Assembly (NCBI GenBank): GCA_009889605.1
Contig: WUQU01000530.1
Span: 1 to 58,173 of the forward strand
Reading direction: 5' to 3'
Length of the DNA stretch: 58,173 nt
From: Candidatus Bathyarchaeota archaeon
GTDB lineage: Archaea > Thermoproteota > Bathyarchaeia > Bathyarchaeales > Bathycorpusculaceae
The translations under genes were made by a program, and so were the position numbers. How positions within the stretch are numbered: the stretch's first letter is position 1; each line of letters starts with the position of its first letter. Shown piece after piece: positions 57,890 through 58,173 of the stretch. The notes under the pieces were generated by a model. The model did not search any database, was not told where the DNA came from, and saw only the letters and a list, made by a program, of their open reading frames with translations.

Positions 57890-58173
57890 ATGAAGAATAA
57901 AAACGAGATAGGTGCGGCTCAATTTTTTGGAAAGTTCCGCGCTCACGCTTTTGAAGAATATGTTTACCGTTTACTCAGGGAAAAAGTTCACATTAACAAG
58001 CCTTTAGAGTTGTTCTGGGGTGAGAAATGCCAAGTTTGGAGAGGCAGCGGAAAGAGTTACGCTATAGAGTTTGATGTTTCTATTGGAAGAAGAACCTTAG
58101 GCTTTGTGGAGCCAGTCGTTGTTTTTGACGCCAAAGTAGAGCTTGATTCTGCAAGGTTAAAAACTGCATTAGC
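57890..58173 (+). CDS. 5' part of an ORF running off the right edge, possibly a PD-(D/E)xK nuclease fold
   Basis: ATG 57890, open to the window end (94 codons). ...YAIEFDVSIG...VVVFDAKVELD fits a D...(D/E)xK pattern. Confidence 0.3.
   Translation, partial: MKNKNEIGAAQFFGKFRAHAFEEYVYRLLREKVHINKPLELFWGEKCQVWRGSGKSYAIEFDVSIGRRTLGFVEPVVVFDAKVELDSARLKTAL

Overview
Archaeal chromosomal segment of 58.2 kb with moderate GC, many GTG/TTG starts, tightly packed and often overlapping genes, and SD-like GGAGG motifs. The backbone is housekeeping genes in classic archaeal syntenies. These are: (i) rps13-rps4-rps11-rpoD-rpl18e-rpl13-rps9-rpoN-eno-rps2, followed by a MEMO-like gene, the mevalonate/isoprenoid block (mvk, isopentenyl-phosphate kinase, type-2 IPP isomerase, GGPP synthase), gltX and srp19; (ii) smc-scpA-scpB; (iii) the proteasome/exosome superoperon (psmA, SBDS, rrp4, rrp41, rrp42, rpl37ae, Brix, pcc1); and (iv) scattered RNA-processing and modification genes (mtnA-like, endA, hisS, NIP7-like, NOP2/Sun, rsmH, trmO), inositol-phosphate genes, ribK, thyX and one tRNA-Gly(GCC). 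The gene content suggests an uncultivated TACK/Bathyarchaeia-like lineage, but this is inference only. Between these blocks lie accessory and envelope islets (8-12 kb, 20-25.8 kb, 39-41.6 kb, 54.5-56 kb). The most system-like unexplained locus is a minus-strand operon at 21.1-23.4 kb. It encodes an archaeal type IV pilin, a coiled-coil protein, two Roadblock/LC7 (MglB-like) proteins and a beta-barrel-tailed protein, with no GTPase or pilus ATPase in the window. A second striking feature is about 16 reading-frame lesions (1-nt indels, mostly at homopolymers, plus three in-frame stops). All of them fall in about 11 accessory, envelope or transport genes, while every housekeeping ORF is intact. 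No CRISPR array, rRNA, integrase or transposase was seen.
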